Source: an uncultured Ignavibacteria bacterium (lineage in GTDB: Bacteria; Bacteroidota; Ignavibacteria; Tepidaquicellales; OLB5). From it: a stretch of DNA of 64,000 bases. Of this stretch, positions 61,780 through 64,000 are shown piece by piece. The notes beneath the pieces were generated by a model. It had not been told where the DNA came from, ran no database searches, and saw only the letters and a program-made list of their open reading frames with translations. The translations under genes and the position numbers were made by a program. The stretch is from contig CAMTUP010000005.1 in NCBI GenBank assembly GCA_947084945.1, positions 12,535-76,534 of the forward strand, in the 5' to 3' direction. How positions within the stretch are numbered: position 1 is the stretch's first letter; each line of letters opens with the position of its first letter.

Positions 61780-64000
61780 TCACTTTACAAATACCATCTT
61801 CTTCACCGATAGGAAACCATCGGCTACAAGTCTATAAAAATATACCCCGCTTGAGTATTGTGTTGCATTCCAACTTGCATTGTAAACACCAGGTTCCATT
61901 TTACTATTTACCAAAACATCAACTTCCCTGCCTAATAAATCATACACAGCAATTTTTATGTTTGATGCTTTGGGTACATCAAATTTTATTTGTGTTTCGG
62001 GGTTGAACGGATTTGGATAGTTTTGATATAGCGCAAATTTATCAGGAATTGTTGTATTAATATTTGTAATTCCAATTATAACACCCATACCGCCATTAAA
62101 ACATTTTATTCTGCCATCTCGGCAGACTGCAACAAATTCATTAAAAGCATTTCCATCAACGCTGTTCAAAGCAGCTACTCTATCTGCTCTTTGATTGATT
62201 GTAGTACCAAAAGTATATTCAAAAACAATTGCTCCTGTTTTGCCATTTAGTACAAATACTTTACCGGGCTGTTGTGTACTGTAAAGCACTTCGGCATTAG
62301 TATCACCAGAAATATCACCAAGCATACCTGCATCACGAATGTAAGAAGCTCCAAATGATTGCGACCATAATTGATTTCCGGTTTTGGTATCAACTCTGAA
62401 AGCTGTTTGCGGACCTGAGCAAGTCATATCCATAAAACCATTTCTATCAAAGTCATCAAGAATCTCAACAGTGCCGTTATTACTTGAGCCAAGTCCTGTT
62501 GTCCAGACTTGAGTTCCTGTGCTTCCCGATAACCCAAAAATGCTGCCACTGAAACCATACAGTCCAACTATATCAGTATTACCATCATTATTAATATCAG
62601 GTACTTCTTTCATGCTCCATACACTATTTGAAGTTCCTGAAATTGGATAGCTCCAAATAGTAGAACCCGACCCATTAAATCCTGTTATTCCATATGGCCC
62701 GCCATTTGAAGTATAAGCAATAGCTCCTCCTATTGTTGAAGAAACTATATCATATGTAAATTCAGAATTCTGAATATTAGTCCATAATACCTGACCATTT
62801 ACGGCATTTAAACAAATTGCAGAATGCCTTCCGGGATTTGTTGGACCTTCACCACTTGCAGAAATTAATACATCTTTTCTGCCGTCATTATTAAAGTCTC
62901 GGTCAACCCTGAGACCCATAATATCACCATCATAATTTGTATTGGGTCCGGCATATTCCCAAATTACCCTGCCGGTAGAACCACTAAGTACATAAACTTC
63001 TTCATTACCACCACCGCAACCAATGACAACTTCTTTCACACCATCGCCATTTAGGTCATCCATTATCTGCATAGCATCTTCCCAATCAACCGAGCCTGTG
63101 TTATTTGTACCGAAGTATGAGTTGAATTTCCATAAGGTATCGGCAGCTCCGTATGAATTACCGTTATAACAAATTGTCCAGTAATTTTCTGTAGCGCATA
63201 TCATATCAGCAATGCCATCACCGTTAACATCGGGAATCTGCTTTAAGCTTTTAGGCTGAAAGTCATCCGCTGATGTTAAAGGGTTATCAGGTATAGTGCT
63301 TTCCCATACAATATTACCAAGTACAGGAGGAACAGCTATTCCTGTACCTGTTAAAGAAATTTTAGCCGTGGAATTATTTACAGCATTTGTTGAAAAAATA
63401 GCAGAGTCATTAAATGTATTCACTGCATTTGGGTTAAACCATATTCTCAACGTTCTTGATACTTGAGGATCAATAGTAATTGGGAATCTGGCATTGGTTG
63501 TATCAAATCTATAACGAGCTGATGAAAACGAACATGAATTTAAAACAAGAGATTGTGTACCCTGGTTTGTAACATTAAAAGTAAATCCGCTAAGAGAATT
63601 TGTTCTCCTGTTATTGAAGTTAAAATATGAAGAAGATATTCCGATATAGGAACCTGAAAAGACTCCTTTTCCAAACAATGTTACTGTTTTTGTAGGATTG
63701 GCAATATCGTTACTCGCTATCCTAAGCTCACCTGAAGTTGTATCATAAACAAGAGGTGTAAAACCTATTGTATAATTTTTTGAAGAGCCAGGTTGGATAG
63801 TATCAGGGACAACATTTGGAGTAATAGAAAATCTTGGATTTGTAATTGTAAAACTGCTAATAATTAACTTTCCGGTTCCTAAATTGTTTATTGTTAGGTT
63901 TCGATTACTTGTTGAACCTATAGTAACATTTCCAAAACTTATCGAATTTACGCTAGTAGTTATTGTTGGGCTTCCCTGACCGTTAAGCAAATATTTGTAC
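61780..64000 (-). CDS. T9SS CTD protein with HYDIN/choice-of-anchor-D-like Ig domains and FG-GAP/VCBS repeats (N-terminus outside window)
   Basis: The frame is open to the window end. FGNVTIGSTS.NLTINNLGTG.L is an ASH/HYDIN-like domain. Repeated D.NGDG..D calcium-loop motifs (DVNGDGIADM, DLNGDGVKEV, DFNNDGRKDV, DINNDGNTDI). CTD QNYPNPFNPET. Confidence 0.8.
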   Translation of the reverse strand, partial: YKYLLNGQGSPTITTSVNSISFGNVTIGSTSNRNLTINNLGTGKLIISSFTITNPRFSITPNVVPDTIQPGSSKNYTIGFTPLVYDTTSGELRIASNDIANPTKTVTLFGKGVFSGSYIGISSSYFNFNNRRTNSLSGFTFNVTNQGTQSLVLNSCSFSSARYRFDTTNARFPITIDPQVSRTLRIWFNPNAVNTFNDSAIFSTNAVNNSTAKISLTGTGIAVPPVLGNIVWESTIPDNPLTSADDFQPKSLKQIPDVNGDGIADMICATENYWTICYNGNSYGAADTLWKFNSYFGTNNTGSVDWEDAMQIMDDLNGDGVKEVVIGCGGGNEEVYVLSGSTGRVIWEYAGPNTNYDGDIMGLRVDRDFNNDGRKDVLISASGEGPTNPGRHSAICLNAVNGQVLWTNIQNSEFTYDIVSSTIGGAIAYTSNGGPYGITGFNGSGSTIWSYPISGTSNSVWSMKEVPDINNDGNTDIVGLYGFSGSIFGLSGSTGTQVWTTGLGSSNNGTVEILDDFDRNGFMDMTCSGPQTAFRVDTKTGNQLWSQSFGASYIRDAGMLGDISGDTNAEVLYSTQQPGKVFVLNGKTGAIVFEYTFGTTINQRADRVAALNSVDGNAFNEFVAVCRDGRIKCFNGGMGVIIGITNINTTIPDKFALYQNYPNPFNPETQIKFDVPKASNIKIAVYDLLGREVDVLVNSKMEPGVYNASWNATQYSSGVYFYRLVADGFLSVKKMVFVK

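Noticed and set aside
1-64000. Search for tRNA, rRNA, tmRNA, transposase, integrase or prophage genes
   Set aside because: I found no cloverleaf-type GTTCGAATC/T-loop contexts, no rRNA-like conserved blocks, and no DDE, tyrosine- or serine-recombinase motifs in any ORF. Absence is by eye only and should be confirmed with tRNAscan-SE, Infernal and ISfinder.

Overview
A 64-kb chromosomal window from a low-GC bacterium. Eight proteins end in the NYPNPFNP-type T9SS C-terminal sorting domain and a PorD/DUF4835-like gene is present, which points to the FCB group. Ignavibacteria-like is my guess and cannot be verified here. I call about 57 protein-coding genes. They include housekeeping genes (gyrA, smpB, tyrS, pheT, rny, coaE, pepA, zapA, comEC, ltaE, pdaD), two tandem OmpA/TolB-like paralogs, an S8 subtilisin, and three toxin-antitoxin-type modules (MNT/HEPN-like, PIN plus small partner, orphan MNT). 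One 6S-like ncRNA candidate lies between zapA and rny. I saw no tRNA, rRNA, CRISPR array, transposase, integrase or reverse transcriptase. The unusual content is mostly non-coding. Intergenic DNA is a mosaic of at least five short repeat families that share modules. At several loci these repeats sit next to duplicated copies of the last 30-130 nt of the adjacent gene: the VOC gene end flanking a PIN cassette, a triplicated smpB tail, and T9SS gene tails. Other points worth follow-up are: a C14 homopolymer inside a short uORF upstream of a three-gene surface-protein cluster; a LysR/OxyR-like gene truncated at a solo repeat; a single-base frameshift splitting pheT; and a chimeric nucleotidyltransferase ORF whose first ~28 codons look like a DNA methyltransferase N-terminus. 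All homology calls come from motif recognition by eye and no database was searched.
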